DNA of 64,000 nt from a virus. The notes under the pieces were generated by a model that saw only the letters and a program-made list of their open reading frames with translations, searched no databases and was not told where the DNA came from. Below, one piece after another: positions 25,355 to 34,638 of this stretch. The position numbers and the translations under genes were made by a program. The number at the start of each line of letters is the position of its first letter. Position 1 is the stretch's first letter. The stretch lies in the IMG/VR virus record IMGVR_UViG_3300034073_001700, positions 32,001-96,000 of that record, one strand, 5' to 3'.

Positions 25355-26569
25355 ATGAAAAAGTTAATCGCTATTGTTTTTGCAGTTTCTTTAATTGCTC
25401 CCTCGCCTGCTCAGGCTGATGATTTTTCTGACAAGACAAAGTTACAACAAGAGGCAGAGACTTTATACAGAACATCTCTTGAGCAAATTAATCAACAATA
25501 CTCTAAAAATGTTTTAGATATTAAAAATAATTATGACCTAAATTTACAAAAAATCAAAAACACTGCTGGTGTTAAAGAAACACAATCTATTTCTGACTAT
25601 AACAATGCATTGTTAAAGTGGAAAGAAGTAGATCAGGTCAAGTTAAATAATTTTAGACCATATTCATGGCCTCTTGATGCAGGGAAATCATTTACATACA
25701 CAATCAATAGTCCGTTTGTTGCGGGTGGGGTTTTGTCAGATACCTTATCTTATCAAGATGATCCTCATGCTTTTAAAAATATCTTTAATGTAGTAAATTT
25801 TGATTCATGCTATGCAAATAATACATGGGCATGTCCACAAAACAATATCTATCAACTCAAAGAAAGAGTTGATCGTAGACCAACATGGGATTTTGAAGGT
25901 ATATCAAAAGGTGCAGTTTTTCATAAAACAACAGTCGCTTCTACCATAGTTGCGTTTAATAACTCTTTATTAATTTCAGTAAAAGATGATGGATCGGCGG
26001 TACCTTTTTCAGAGTTTAGTTCTATTAGAAATAATGCAAAAACATCTTACCTTAATATGCTATCTGCTCAGTCTGAACACCAAGCATTGATTGCATCAGT
26101 AAATACCGAATATGCTAATCAAATGTCAAATGCTGAAAAGTCTAAAAATTCTTTAATTGCAAAAGCAGAGTCGGACAGATCTGGCACATTATCTTCTATT
26201 AGTTGGGTTGATAATGCTAACAAGACACTGATTTCACATTTTCCAGACAAAGTTAAGTCTGAATTGATGAAAGATGGATACTTTAAACCATTAAAGCCAT
26301 TTTATTATACTTCAAAAACTGGAAGGTATATTGTAAGTGCTACAATGATTGATAACTATACTGTAGTTGCTACGGCTGGTCCAGAATACAAAAGATATAA
26401 GTATGTTTATACAAAAAAAGAACAGGCTGATCATATCAAAAGTTCTAAAAATTTGCTAAAGAAGCAAACAAAACCATATTACGATACAATTAATCAGGCA
26501 AAATCTATGGGATGGAAGGTAGAGTGTAAGGATAAAACCCCTTGCAAAATTAAATATATCAAAAACTAA
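25355..26569 (+). CDS. Secreted coiled-coil protein
   Basis: Signal peptide ending AQA; coiled coils flank a central domain. Confidence 0.65.
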   Translation: MKKLIAIVFAVSLIAPSPAQADDFSDKTKLQQEAETLYRTSLEQINQQYSKNVLDIKNNYDLNLQKIKNTAGVKETQSISDYNNALLKWKEVDQVKLNNFRPYSWPLDAGKSFTYTINSPFVAGGVLSDTLSYQDDPHAFKNIFNVVNFDSCYANNTWACPQNNIYQLKERVDRRPTWDFEGISKGAVFHKTTVASTIVAFNNSLLISVKDDGSAVPFSEFSSIRNNAKTSYLNMLSAQSEHQALIASVNTEYANQMSNAEKSKNSLIAKAESDRSGTLSSISWVDNANKTLISHFPDKVKSELMKDGYFKPLKPFYYTSKTGRYIVSATMIDNYTVVATAGPEYKRYKYVYTKKEQADHIKSSKNLLKKQTKPYYDTINQAKSMGWKVECKDKTPCKIKYIKN

Positions 26570-26576
26570 GGTTTAA

Positions 26577-26650
26577 GGAGCAGTAGCCAAGTTGGTCAAG
26601 GCCCCGAACTCATAATTCGGTTATCGTAGGTTCGAGTCCTACCTGCTCTA
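26577..26650 (+). tRNA. tRNA-Met/Ile2 (CAT)
   Basis: Cloverleaf, anticodon loop CTCATAA, GGTTCGAGTCC. Confidence 0.9.
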
Positions 26651-26670
26651 CAGTGATACAATAGAATAAT

Positions 26671-26743
26671 TGATCTGTAGTTCAGTTGGTAGAACACTCG
26701 ACTGTTAATCGAGATGTCGCAGGATCGAGACCTGCCAGATCAG
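26671..26743 (+). tRNA. tRNA-Asn (GTT)
   Basis: Cloverleaf, loop CTGTTAA; atypical T-loop ATCGAGA. Confidence 0.85.
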
Positions 26744-26747
26744 CGAA

Positions 26748-26821
26748 GGTCCGTTAGTTCAGTTGGTTAGAACGCTACCCTGTCACGGTAGAGGTCGTGA
26801 GTTCAAGTCTCATACGGATCG
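26748..26821 (+). tRNA. tRNA-Asp (GTC)
   Basis: Cloverleaf, loop CTGTCAC, GTTCAAGTC. Confidence 0.9.
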
Positions 26822-26823
26822 CA

Positions 26824-26896
26824 GAGAAGGTAGGTGCTGTATGTGTGCCAGGGAAAAGGGAAACACATGTATAGCAAGTTGCAACCCTACCTTCTC
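26824..26896. ncRNA. Unidentified long hairpin RNA inside the tRNA cluster
   Basis: GAGAAGGTAGG/CCTACCTTCTC outer stem plus an inner stem. Confidence 0.5.
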
Positions 26897-26904
26897 CCTA
26901 TTTT

Positions 26905-26976
26905 GGCACTATCGTCTATCGGCTAGGACATCGCCCTTTCACGGCGGAAAGACGGGTTCGATTCCCGTTAGTGCTA
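26905..26976 (+). tRNA. tRNA-Glu (TTC)
   Basis: Cloverleaf, loop CTTTCAC, GGTTCGATTCC. Confidence 0.9.
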
Positions 26977-27004
26977 CACTTTAAAGTTATGGTATTATAT
27001 AGAG

Positions 27005-27688
27005 ATGGAAAAAATATATTTAGATGAAGACAAAAAGGTTTGGATTATTGAAAACTTCCTTACCGAAGAAGAACTAAAATGGTTTAAAGAGCAAACCGAC
27101 GATGAAAATGGGTGGTACCCAACAATGAGGTCTCCATATAGAAATATATTAAATAAATTTTTAAATATCGTTCCAAGATATGACGACACTGGTAACATTA
27201 TATTCCCAGATGAAAACTCTCAAGTATTACAACTAGAAATTTTTACTAAACCTGGCGGAATTTGGGATAGACTTGAATCTGTATTGCCACCAGTATATGG
27301 AAGACATGCTACATTACAATCTTTTAAGTATATGACAGATGAAGAAATAAAGGAAGCAGTAAACGATACATTATTAAGAGAATATAAGATTAAAGTTGAA
27401 GATATAGACTTTGCTATGTACTGGCATCAAGATCCAGATGAAGAGCAGAACATAATTTGTTCTTTTAGTCTTTACCTAAACGACGACTTTGAAGGTGGAG
27501 AATTGGAATTTGCAGAAGTTCCAATCAAACTAAAGCCAAAGGCTGGGACCTTGGCCGTAATACCTGGCGGACATAAGTATCGACATAGGGTAAATAAGGT
27601 GTTAGGCCCTAATTCACGTCATACCCTATATGGAAACTCTTTTATAGATGCTTCTAAGATACCTCAAAGCACAAAAGATGACTGCTAA
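27005..27688 (+). CDS. 2OG-Fe(II) oxygenase, paralog of 20467-21222
   Basis: WHQD, YLNDDFEGGELEF, HRV...RHT; shares GWYxTMRSPY. Confidence 0.8.
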   Translation: MEKIYLDEDKKVWIIENFLTEEELKWFKEQTDDENGWYPTMRSPYRNILNKFLNIVPRYDDTGNIIFPDENSQVLQLEIFTKPGGIWDRLESVLPPVYGRHATLQSFKYMTDEEIKEAVNDTLLREYKIKVEDIDFAMYWHQDPDEEQNIICSFSLYLNDDFEGGELEFAEVPIKLKPKAGTLAVIPGGHKYRHRVNKVLGPNSRHTLYGNSFIDASKIPQSTKDDC

Positions 27689-27727
27689 AAGAGTGTTATA
27701 ATAATCCCATAACCCCACAGGAGGTAA

Positions 27728-28546
27728 TTGATGAAATCAATTTACGATATCGAATTGGAATCAGCCGAAGGCGTTCCACACTTTATGCAACAGTTTAAGG
27801 GCAAAGCGATCATGCTTATCAACACAACAGTTGGTTGTGGAAATGCTGGTCAAATGCAACCCATTCAATGGATACAGGAAGACCTTGCGGGAGAAGATTT
27901 CTCCGTTGTTGCAATCCCAACAAATGATTTCTGTGGCCCAAGCATTACAAAAGGCAAGTGGTCTAAAGGAATTGAAAAAGGTTTAGACTCAAAGAACTAC
28001 GGAGAAGATGTATACGGAGTTACATTCCCATTCTCACAAATGATTACATCTAATCCAGCAGAGATTCCATTAGAGGCTCCATGGCTTGGAAAAGGCCCAG
28101 GACTTAACGGAAATGGAGAGCCTTTTGGAGAAAGACACGAACTTTATTTAGAAGTTTCAGAACAAATTAAAGCAATACAGTTAAAGAAAATAGAACTTGG
28201 TATTGTAGAAAGGACAGATTACGAATCACGTTATTTAAATGAACACAACGGTGGCTTGTATATGAACTGTAACTTTGAAAAATATTTAATTGATAAGGAC
28301 GGATATGTTGTTAAGCACTATCCTTGCACAACATTAAATTATGATGTTGAAAAGACACTCAAAGAAGACCTTTTAGAAAAGGGAATTTTTGCAAAAATGG
28401 GTCCAGATAGATCCCCTTCTATTTTTGACGAAGAAAACAGAGTTATCCGTGACCACATTCAGCGTCTTATGAATGGAGAAAAATCAATTATTAATCCTAG
28501 TAATACGCTAACAGAAAAGTCTAAAGAACCACTGACAATCTCATAA
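27728..28546 (+). CDS. Glutathione peroxidase-family protein (divergent)
   Basis: INTTVGCG, AIPTNDF, NFEKYLIDKDG. Confidence 0.75.
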   Translation: MMKSIYDIELESAEGVPHFMQQFKGKAIMLINTTVGCGNAGQMQPIQWIQEDLAGEDFSVVAIPTNDFCGPSITKGKWSKGIEKGLDSKNYGEDVYGVTFPFSQMITSNPAEIPLEAPWLGKGPGLNGNGEPFGERHELYLEVSEQIKAIQLKKIELGIVERTDYESRYLNEHNGGLYMNCNFEKYLIDKDGYVVKHYPCTTLNYDVEKTLKEDLLEKGIFAKMGPDRSPSIFDEENRVIRDHIQRLMNGEKSIINPSNTLTEKSKEPLTIS

Positions 28547-28604
28547 AAATATAAACTATTTTCTCCTATGGTATACTTAATATATAGCATAGGAGAAAAT
28601 TTTT

Positions 28605-29036
28605 ATGAGCATATATGATTTATCATTTACTGATAACAATAAAAATGTTATACAGTTAAAGAATTTTGAAGGAAAAAATATATTAATAGTCAACACTGCA
28701 AGTCATTGTGGAAATACCCCACAGTATGCAGATTTACAAAAAATACAAAGTGATTCGTTGGTTGTTATTGGCTTTCCTTGCAACCAGTTTGGTAATCAGG
28801 AGCCAGGAACCAATGATGAAATTAAGGCTTTTTGTACAACTAATTACGGTGTAACCTTCCCAGTGTCTGAAAAGGTAGAGGTTAATGGTCCTAACGCTCA
28901 CCCTATATATAAGTACTGCAAAGAGGCTACTGGAGTAAGTAATATTGGATGGAACTTTGAGAAGTTTTTAATATCTGCTGATGGGTCCATCTCTCATTAT
29001 CCTACATCTTGCCCAGTATCTGATATAATAAAATAA
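28605..29036 (+). CDS. Glutathione peroxidase (Cys-type)
   Basis: VNTASHCG, GFPCNQFGNQEPG, WNFEKFL. Confidence 0.92.
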   Translation: MSIYDLSFTDNNKNVIQLKNFEGKNILIVNTASHCGNTPQYADLQKIQSDSLVVIGFPCNQFGNQEPGTNDEIKAFCTTNYGVTFPVSEKVEVNGPNAHPIYKYCKEATGVSNIGWNFEKFLISADGSISHYPTSCPVSDIIK

Positions 29037-29057
29037 CTACTAGTAGAAAGAAGCATA

Positions 29058-31142
29058 ATGTCAGAAGCAAAATGCCCATTCACAGGCAATAGCCTAACAA
29101 ACGAAGGAACATATAATAAGGATTGGTGGCCAAACCAGTTAGATTTGTCTCCTTTAAGAAAAAATTCAGAAAAATCTGATCCTATGGGAGAAGACTTTGA
29201 CTACGCTAAAGAGTTTAATAGTTTAGATCTTGATACTCTTAAGGCTGATATTGAGGAAGTTATGACTACCTCGCAAGATTGGTGGCCTGCCGATTACGGT
29301 AACTACGGCCCACTATTCATTCGTATGGCATGGCACTCTGCAGGTACATACAGAACAACTGATGGTCGTGGTGGCGCAGGAGAAGGCCTACATAGATTTG
29401 CTCCACAAAATTCATGGCCAGATAATGGTAATTTAGATAAGGCTCGAAGACTTCTTTGGCCTATTAAGAAGAAGTATGGAAAGAAGATTTCATGGGCAGA
29501 CCTCATGATTCTTGCTGGTAACGTTGCTTTAGAAAACATGGGCTTTAAGACTTTCGGTTTTGGTGGAGGTCGTGAAGATGTTTGGGAAGCAGATGATACT
29601 TACTGGGGTAGTGAAAAGGAATGGCTTGCAGACAATCGCTATAGCGGAGATCGTGAGTTAGAGAATCCTCTTGCTGCAGTTCAGATGGGTTTGATTTATG
29701 TAAACCCTGAGGGTCCAAATGGTAATCCAGATCCACTTCTATCTGCTCGTGATATTCGTGAGACATTTGCTCGTATGGCAATGAACGATGAAGAGACTGT
29801 AGCACTTATTGCTGGAGGACATGCATTTGGTAAAGCACATGGTGCTGGAGATCCTAAGCATGTTGGTCCAGAACCAGAAGGTGCACCAATTGAAGAACAA
29901 GGTCTTGGATGGAAAAATTCATTTGGAAAGGGTAATGCAGAAGATACTATTACAAGTGGTATCGAAGGTGCATGGACTCCAACTCCAACAAAGTGGGATA
30001 ACACCTACCTTAAACTATTATTTAAGTATGACTGGAAGCAGGTAAAGAGTCCTGCTGGTGCTACACAATGGATTCCCACAGATGAGTCTGCTGCTAATTT
30101 AGTTCCAGACGCACACGTTGAGGGTAAATTCCATGCTCCAGTTATGACAACTGCAGACTTAGCACTTAAGTTTGATCCAGAATATGAAAAGATTTCAAGA
30201 CGATTCCTTGAAGACTTTGACTATTTCTCTGATCAATTTGCTCGTGCCTGGTTTAAGTTGACGCATAGAGATATGGGTCCAATTGCAAGGTATCTTGGTA
30301 AAGAGGTTCCTGTAGAAGAACTAATTTGGCAGGACCCAGTTCCTGTATCAATTACAAAGGATATTGATGTAGAGAGTATTAAGAATAGAATTAAATCTTC
30401 TGATATTCCTATGTATCATTTTGTCTATACGGCATGGGCTTCTGCGTCTACCTTCCGCAAAACAGATAAGCGTGGTGGTGCAAATGGCGCTCGTATACTA
30501 CTTGAGCCACAGCGTAGTTGGGAAGTAAATGATAACTCAATAATTTCTAGCGCTGTTGATTTCCTTAGCACGGTTCAAAAAGAACATATGATTTCTATGG
30601 CAGATTTAATTGTTCTTGCTGGATGTGCAGCAATCGAAAAGGCTTCTGGAGAAAGAGTTAAGGTTCCATTTACTCCTGGTCGTGGAGATGCAACTCAAGA
30701 GCAGACCGATGTTGAGTCTTTCAAAGTTCTTGAACCTATCGCAGATGGCTTTAGAAATTATTTAGGAAAAGGCACTACAGTTCCTTCAGAAATTTTGTTG
30801 GTAGAGAAGGCTAATATGCTAAATCTAACCCCAGTAGAGATGGTTGTTCTTCTTGCTGGAATGAGAACATTAGTGATTGATACACTAAATAATGGCTATC
30901 TGATTAGTCTTTTGTCTGGACAAATTTCTTGGAAGCAAACATCTATTGATAATTTCCAAGGATATGTCAACGGAGAACTAGTTGGTAATGCAACTCGTGT
31001 TGATCTGATTACTGGATCAAACTCAGAACTCCGTGCTATTGCAGAGGTATATGCTTCTGACGATGCAAATGATAAGTTTGTGTCTGACTTTGCTAAAGCA
31101 TGGAATAAGGTAATGATGCTTGATAGGTTTGATGTCAAGTAA
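29058..31142 (+). CDS. katG: Catalase-peroxidase
   Basis: [50 protein letters not shown]. Confidence 0.97.
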   Translation: MSEAKCPFTGNSLTNEGTYNKDWWPNQLDLSPLRKNSEKSDPMGEDFDYAKEFNSLDLDTLKADIEEVMTTSQDWWPADYGNYGPLFIRMAWHSAGTYRTTDGRGGAGEGLHRFAPQNSWPDNGNLDKARRLLWPIKKKYGKKISWADLMILAGNVALENMGFKTFGFGGGREDVWEADDTYWGSEKEWLADNRYSGDRELENPLAAVQMGLIYVNPEGPNGNPDPLLSARDIRETFARMAMNDEETVALIAGGHAFGKAHGAGDPKHVGPEPEGAPIEEQGLGWKNSFGKGNAEDTITSGIEGAWTPTPTKWDNTYLKLLFKYDWKQVKSPAGATQWIPTDESAANLVPDAHVEGKFHAPVMTTADLALKFDPEYEKISRRFLEDFDYFSDQFARAWFKLTHRDMGPIARYLGKEVPVEELIWQDPVPVSITKDIDVESIKNRIKSSDIPMYHFVYTAWASASTFRKTDKRGGANGARILLEPQRSWEVNDNSIISSAVDFLSTVQKEHMISMADLIVLAGCAAIEKASGERVKVPFTPGRGDATQEQTDVESFKVLEPIADGFRNYLGKGTTVPSEILLVEKANMLNLTPVEMVVLLAGMRTLVIDTLNNGYLISLLSGQISWKQTSIDNFQGYVNGELVGNATRVDLITGSNSELRAIAEVYASDDANDKFVSDFAKAWNKVMMLDRFDVK

Positions 31143-31154
31143 TAAGTAGGGGTT

Positions 31155-31226
31155 GCCTCCTTAACTCAGGGGTAGAGTACCCGCCTTGTAAGCGGGTTGT
31201 CGTAGGTTCAAATCCTACAGGAGGCT
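31155..31226 (+). tRNA. tRNA-Thr (TGT)
   Basis: Cloverleaf, loop CTTGTAA, GGTTCAAATCC. Confidence 0.9.
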
Positions 31227-31242
31227 CTGATATAATTTAATT

Positions 31243-31425
31243 ATGGATTTAGAAAAAGAAATTAAAAATATATTATTTAATATAGGAAAAGATATACAGA
31301 TCCATAAACTTATTGATGGCAACATGATTATTGAAATAGATTATGACAAATACGTATCTGAAATTAAAAATCTAATAGATAATTATTTACTGGAAGATGG
31401 ATTCCAGAATAAAGAATCATTGTAA
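31243..31425 (+). CDS. Hypothetical protein, leaderless
   Basis: TATAAT 6 nt before ATG. Confidence 0.55.
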   Translation: MDLEKEIKNILFNIGKDIQIHKLIDGNMIIEIDYDKYVSEIKNLIDNYLLEDGFQNKESL

Positions 31426-32129
31426 TATATTTCTTTATCAAACATAAAATGATTATAAATATAATCTTTTTCCTCTTGACTTAGTTTATTAAATAAAGAT
31501 TCGGAGGCATAGTTTTTAAATGTTAGACTATCTGTTTCTCCTAAATTTATCTTTATATCTACGCCTAAGTCTGAAGATATTTTGTTGACTAGATCATAAT
31601 AGTTCATATTTTTTAAATCTTTGTGCCTAAGCATCAAGTTAGTTCTTTTAATTCTTTTATATACTAATTCTTTATTTATTATAAAGTTATCTTTATGCTT
31701 CACCCTTGACTCATATATAGTATTGCCTATGCTTGGCTCTAAAATAAAGTTTTGTGATTGAAAATCTTTTAAGTAAGTAAACTCAGACAAAGCCTTATAT
31801 ATTTGATATTTCTCTATTTCTAGACTAGCGCCATTATGTTTTAGTATAAAGTTATTATTTTTATCTATTAGCCCAACTTCATCTGAAATCATATGTGCGA
31901 GGGCACTTATAAAAAATTCTACTGGATCTCTAAATATTGTAATAACATATGTTTCATCATCTATATCTTTATACCAGCCACCATGCTTATGAATATTAGA
32001 AGGTAAACTAATAGTCTTAATATTGTTTTGTTCTAGTGTATTTTGTATTGGTTCTAGAATATATTTTGATAAGAACCTTCCGCCTGTTTTAGGTATGTGT
32101 AAAAAATATATCTTATTATACTTTTTCAC
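31383..32129 (-). CDS. Sulfotransferase family 2 protein
   Basis: FLHIPKTGG and FRDPVEFFIS. Confidence 0.75.
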   Translation of the reverse strand: MKKYNKIYFLHIPKTGGRFLSKYILEPIQNTLEQNNIKTISLPSNIHKHGGWYKDIDDETYVITIFRDPVEFFISALAHMISDEVGLIDKNNNFILKHNGASLEIEKYQIYKALSEFTYLKDFQSQNFILEPSIGNTIYESRVKHKDNFIINKELVYKRIKRTNLMLRHKDLKNMNYYDLVNKISSDLGVDIKINLGETDSLTFKNYASESLFNKLSQEEKDYIYNHFMFDKEIYYNDSLFWNPSSSK

Positions 32130-32249
32130 TATTTGGTCTTTTTGTTATACTCGCCGTATTTGCCTAACACTGCTTTAACCGTACCGTCTTTTCTTAGACG
32201 AACAACCATTCCATCTTTGATTTGAATTGGGTTAAACTTATCGTGTCTT

Positions 32250-33068
32250 TTATATTTGCCAGAAGACATTACCGCTACCACGAACTTTCTTGCTTTGTTT
32301 TTCTATTGTATTAAAAGTATCAGAAAACAATGCCTTATCTTTTTCTGCATTCACGATACGACGTGACCAAGAATAGCCAGCATCCCCACCCCATGCTAAC
32401 CACATTATGTACCCATTAGACGGATTTGATTGATTAGCCCAATCCTTCCCCTTTTTATCAACTTCATGACGAGAAAAATAAGAGTACATTCTTTTAACAG
32501 TACTAAGAGAAAGTGATTCTCCTCTTGCTAACTGTCCTGCACGAGTCCATCCTACTGATGTACCCGCACCTTTTGCCTTACCTTGTTCTTTAAATCTAAT
32601 TGCTTTTCTTGCTGCAGCACGTGCTCCTGCTGGTGGAGAATATCCGTCTGCTTTTGAAACAGAATCAGTTTCATAAACCACATCATCAGAATCTTCCCAA
32701 AGATCATCGGCCTTTTCTGCTGGAACACAATTAGGAACTGGTTTGCCATTTTCTCCTGGCTTCATTCCTCTTTGTACATATCCGTCCCAGCATGGTGCTT
32801 GTTTTTCAACACTACCACAACAATCTGATTTCATATCTCCAGACTGGCACTGTGGACATTGGTCACAGGTTACATCTAATTCTTTACACATTGGACATCC
32901 ACATCCCTCATATGCCTTGCCTACGTTGCCCTCAGAGCGGTTTATGGCATAGATCTGGGCTGCTGCCTGCTCTTTGGTTTCATGGCATCCCATAACCTCT
33001 CCTGTGTCCTTTAAAGCGGGGTATCCAGAACAACCCGATGACCCCTTAGCACCTACATGATATGGCAT
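32250..33068 (-). CDS. Mosaic phage protein (possibly head-associated)
   Basis: CWDGY..GMK..VPNCVP and TVKRMYSYFSRH...WLAWGG modules seen in phage head-associated proteins. Confidence 0.55.
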   Translation of the reverse strand: MPYHVGAKGSSGCSGYPALKDTGEVMGCHETKEQAAAQIYAINRSEGNVGKAYEGCGCPMCKELDVTCDQCPQCQSGDMKSDCCGSVEKQAPCWDGYVQRGMKPGENGKPVPNCVPAEKADDLWEDSDDVVYETDSVSKADGYSPPAGARAAARKAIRFKEQGKAKGAGTSVGWTRAGQLARGESLSLSTVKRMYSYFSRHEVDKKGKDWANQSNPSNGYIMWLAWGGDAGYSWSRRIVNAEKDKALFSDTFNTIEKQSKKVRGSGNVFWQI

Positions 33069-33290
33069 AGAAATAGTATAGCATATATTATGGTAAAATG
33101 ACTATATGAGTGAACAATTAACCCCAGAGCAGCATGCAGAAATTATAGTTCATCAGATTATTCAGGCAACTAAAAATAAAATTATCAATATACTAGAGCC
33201 TCAATTTGATAAGATTTCTGGCGGACACCATCATTTTGATAAGGGTCTTGCTGACGCAATATTAGCAGATATTAGAAACGCATAATAAAA

Positions 33291-33317
33291 GAGCAGTTTG
33301 TCGTCATACTCAGGACG
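33291..33317 (-). ncRNA. Repeated pseudoknot motif, copy 5
   Basis: Minus strand CGTC-CTGAGTAT-GACG-ACAAAC-TGCTC-TTTT after hsp20. Confidence 0.7.
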
Positions 33318-33344
33318 GAGTTAAGTATCGATACCTAACTCAGT

Positions 33345-33764
33345 TTATTTAATTTTGATTGCTTTTGGCTTTTTTTCTTCTGGGATGTTTCTTTCCACAA
33401 TAACGCTAAGAATACCGTCTGCCATTTCAGCACGATCAACCTCCATATACTCTCCTAGAGCAAAGGTGCGTGTGAACTTGCGAGTTGCGATACCCTTATG
33501 AAGTACATTTTCTGTACCCTCTTCGGTTTTCTCACCCTTGACGATTAATCTTCCATTATCCACAGAAACCTCGACTTCGTCTTTGCTGAATCCAGCAACT
33601 GCAAAGCGATAAGCATAAGTGTCCTCATCAAGTTTTACCACATCATATGGTGGATAGGATTGACGAGTTGCCTCACGATGGATATTTGAAAGACGGTCCA
33701 ACTCACGGTTGAAACCAATAAAAATTGGATCGTTAAACAGATCCAATGCAAATGAACTTACCAT
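33345..33764 (-). CDS. Small heat-shock protein Hsp20
   Basis: SYPPYD, AVAGF, HKGIATRKF, DGIL, IPEEKKP. Confidence 0.93.
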   Translation of the reverse strand: MVSSFALDLFNDPIFIGFNRELDRLSNIHREATRQSYPPYDVVKLDEDTYAYRFAVAGFSKDEVEVSVDNGRLIVKGEKTEEGTENVLHKGIATRKFTRTFALGEYMEVDRAEMADGILSVIVERNIPEEKKPKAIKIK

Positions 33765-33824
33765 TATTTCCTCCTTGTTAAGCGAGTCATTTTAAGTACC
33801 CCCCTTTGGGCAGGTACATTTATA

Positions 33825-34634
33825 TTATAGCATATTATACATAGATTCAGCAATATGTAATTGTCGGTGTAATCCCCAATGTCCTGGTGGCCAGTAGTCA
33901 TAGTCTGCTGCATAGTTGAAAAATTTTTCATTAGCAAATTCCGAATGGCATGTTAGATGTGTTAAATCTATCTGATCTAAAAAAGACTTACTTTCAAAAT
34001 ATCCATCGCTAAATTGTTCTAGATTAAGCCTATCTATGCCACTATAATCATATGCTGTCCATATAAATTTTATATTATTGATTTCGCAATATTGAATTAA
34101 TATTTTTATAAATAAAATATTATAAAAAATTGCAAACTCTGGGGGGATTACATTTTCTATATCATGTGGTCCTTTAGAATATTTTAAAAGTTTGTGATCA
34201 GCAAGTATACCCTTCCCCATTCCATTAATATCAGAACTGAGACCTGCCTTTAAATTAATTAATGGAGTTTCTAACCTTGGTAATGAAAAAACTGCAAATA
34301 TATATTTGGGATGATAGAATTCTTTAAAAAATTGAAATGCTTTTATTACTTGAGCCTGAGCACCGTCTCCACCTTTTGCTAGATTAGCATAATCTTTATC
34401 CATTTTTTGTGACAATAAGTATGGCCAGGTTAAATGTATTGGCAATGCGTGGCCTTCTGTTTGAGAACATCCCAATACCAATATTTCCTGATTTTCAAAT
34501 TCATTACACCTGTATCCATAAGAATTAAAGTTGTATTCTATTTCAACAGAGTCTGCTTCTTTTTTAAGAACACTATCACCCATATCTCTTAAGGATCTAT
34601 TCAGAATTTTATTAAGAAGATTTGGGTTGGTCAT
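33825..34634 (-). CDS. SGNH/GDSL hydrolase-like protein
   Basis: NSYGYR, LGCSQTEG, NLAKGG, HWG..H. Confidence 0.6.
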   Translation of the reverse strand: MTNPNLLNKILNRSLRDMGDSVLKKEADSVEIEYNFNSYGYRCNEFENQEILVLGCSQTEGHALPIHLTWPYLLSQKMDKDYANLAKGGDGAQAQVIKAFQFFKEFYHPKYIFAVFSLPRLETPLINLKAGLSSDINGMGKGILADHKLLKYSKGPHDIENVIPPEFAIFYNILFIKILIQYCEINNIKFIWTAYDYSGIDRLNLEQFSDGYFESKSFLDQIDLTHLTCHSEFANEKFFNYAADYDYWPPGHWGLHRQLHIAESMYNML

Positions 34635-34638
34635 ATTA

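Noticed and set aside
26763-26984. 73-aa ORF
   Set aside because: Overlaps tRNA-Asp and tRNA-Glu
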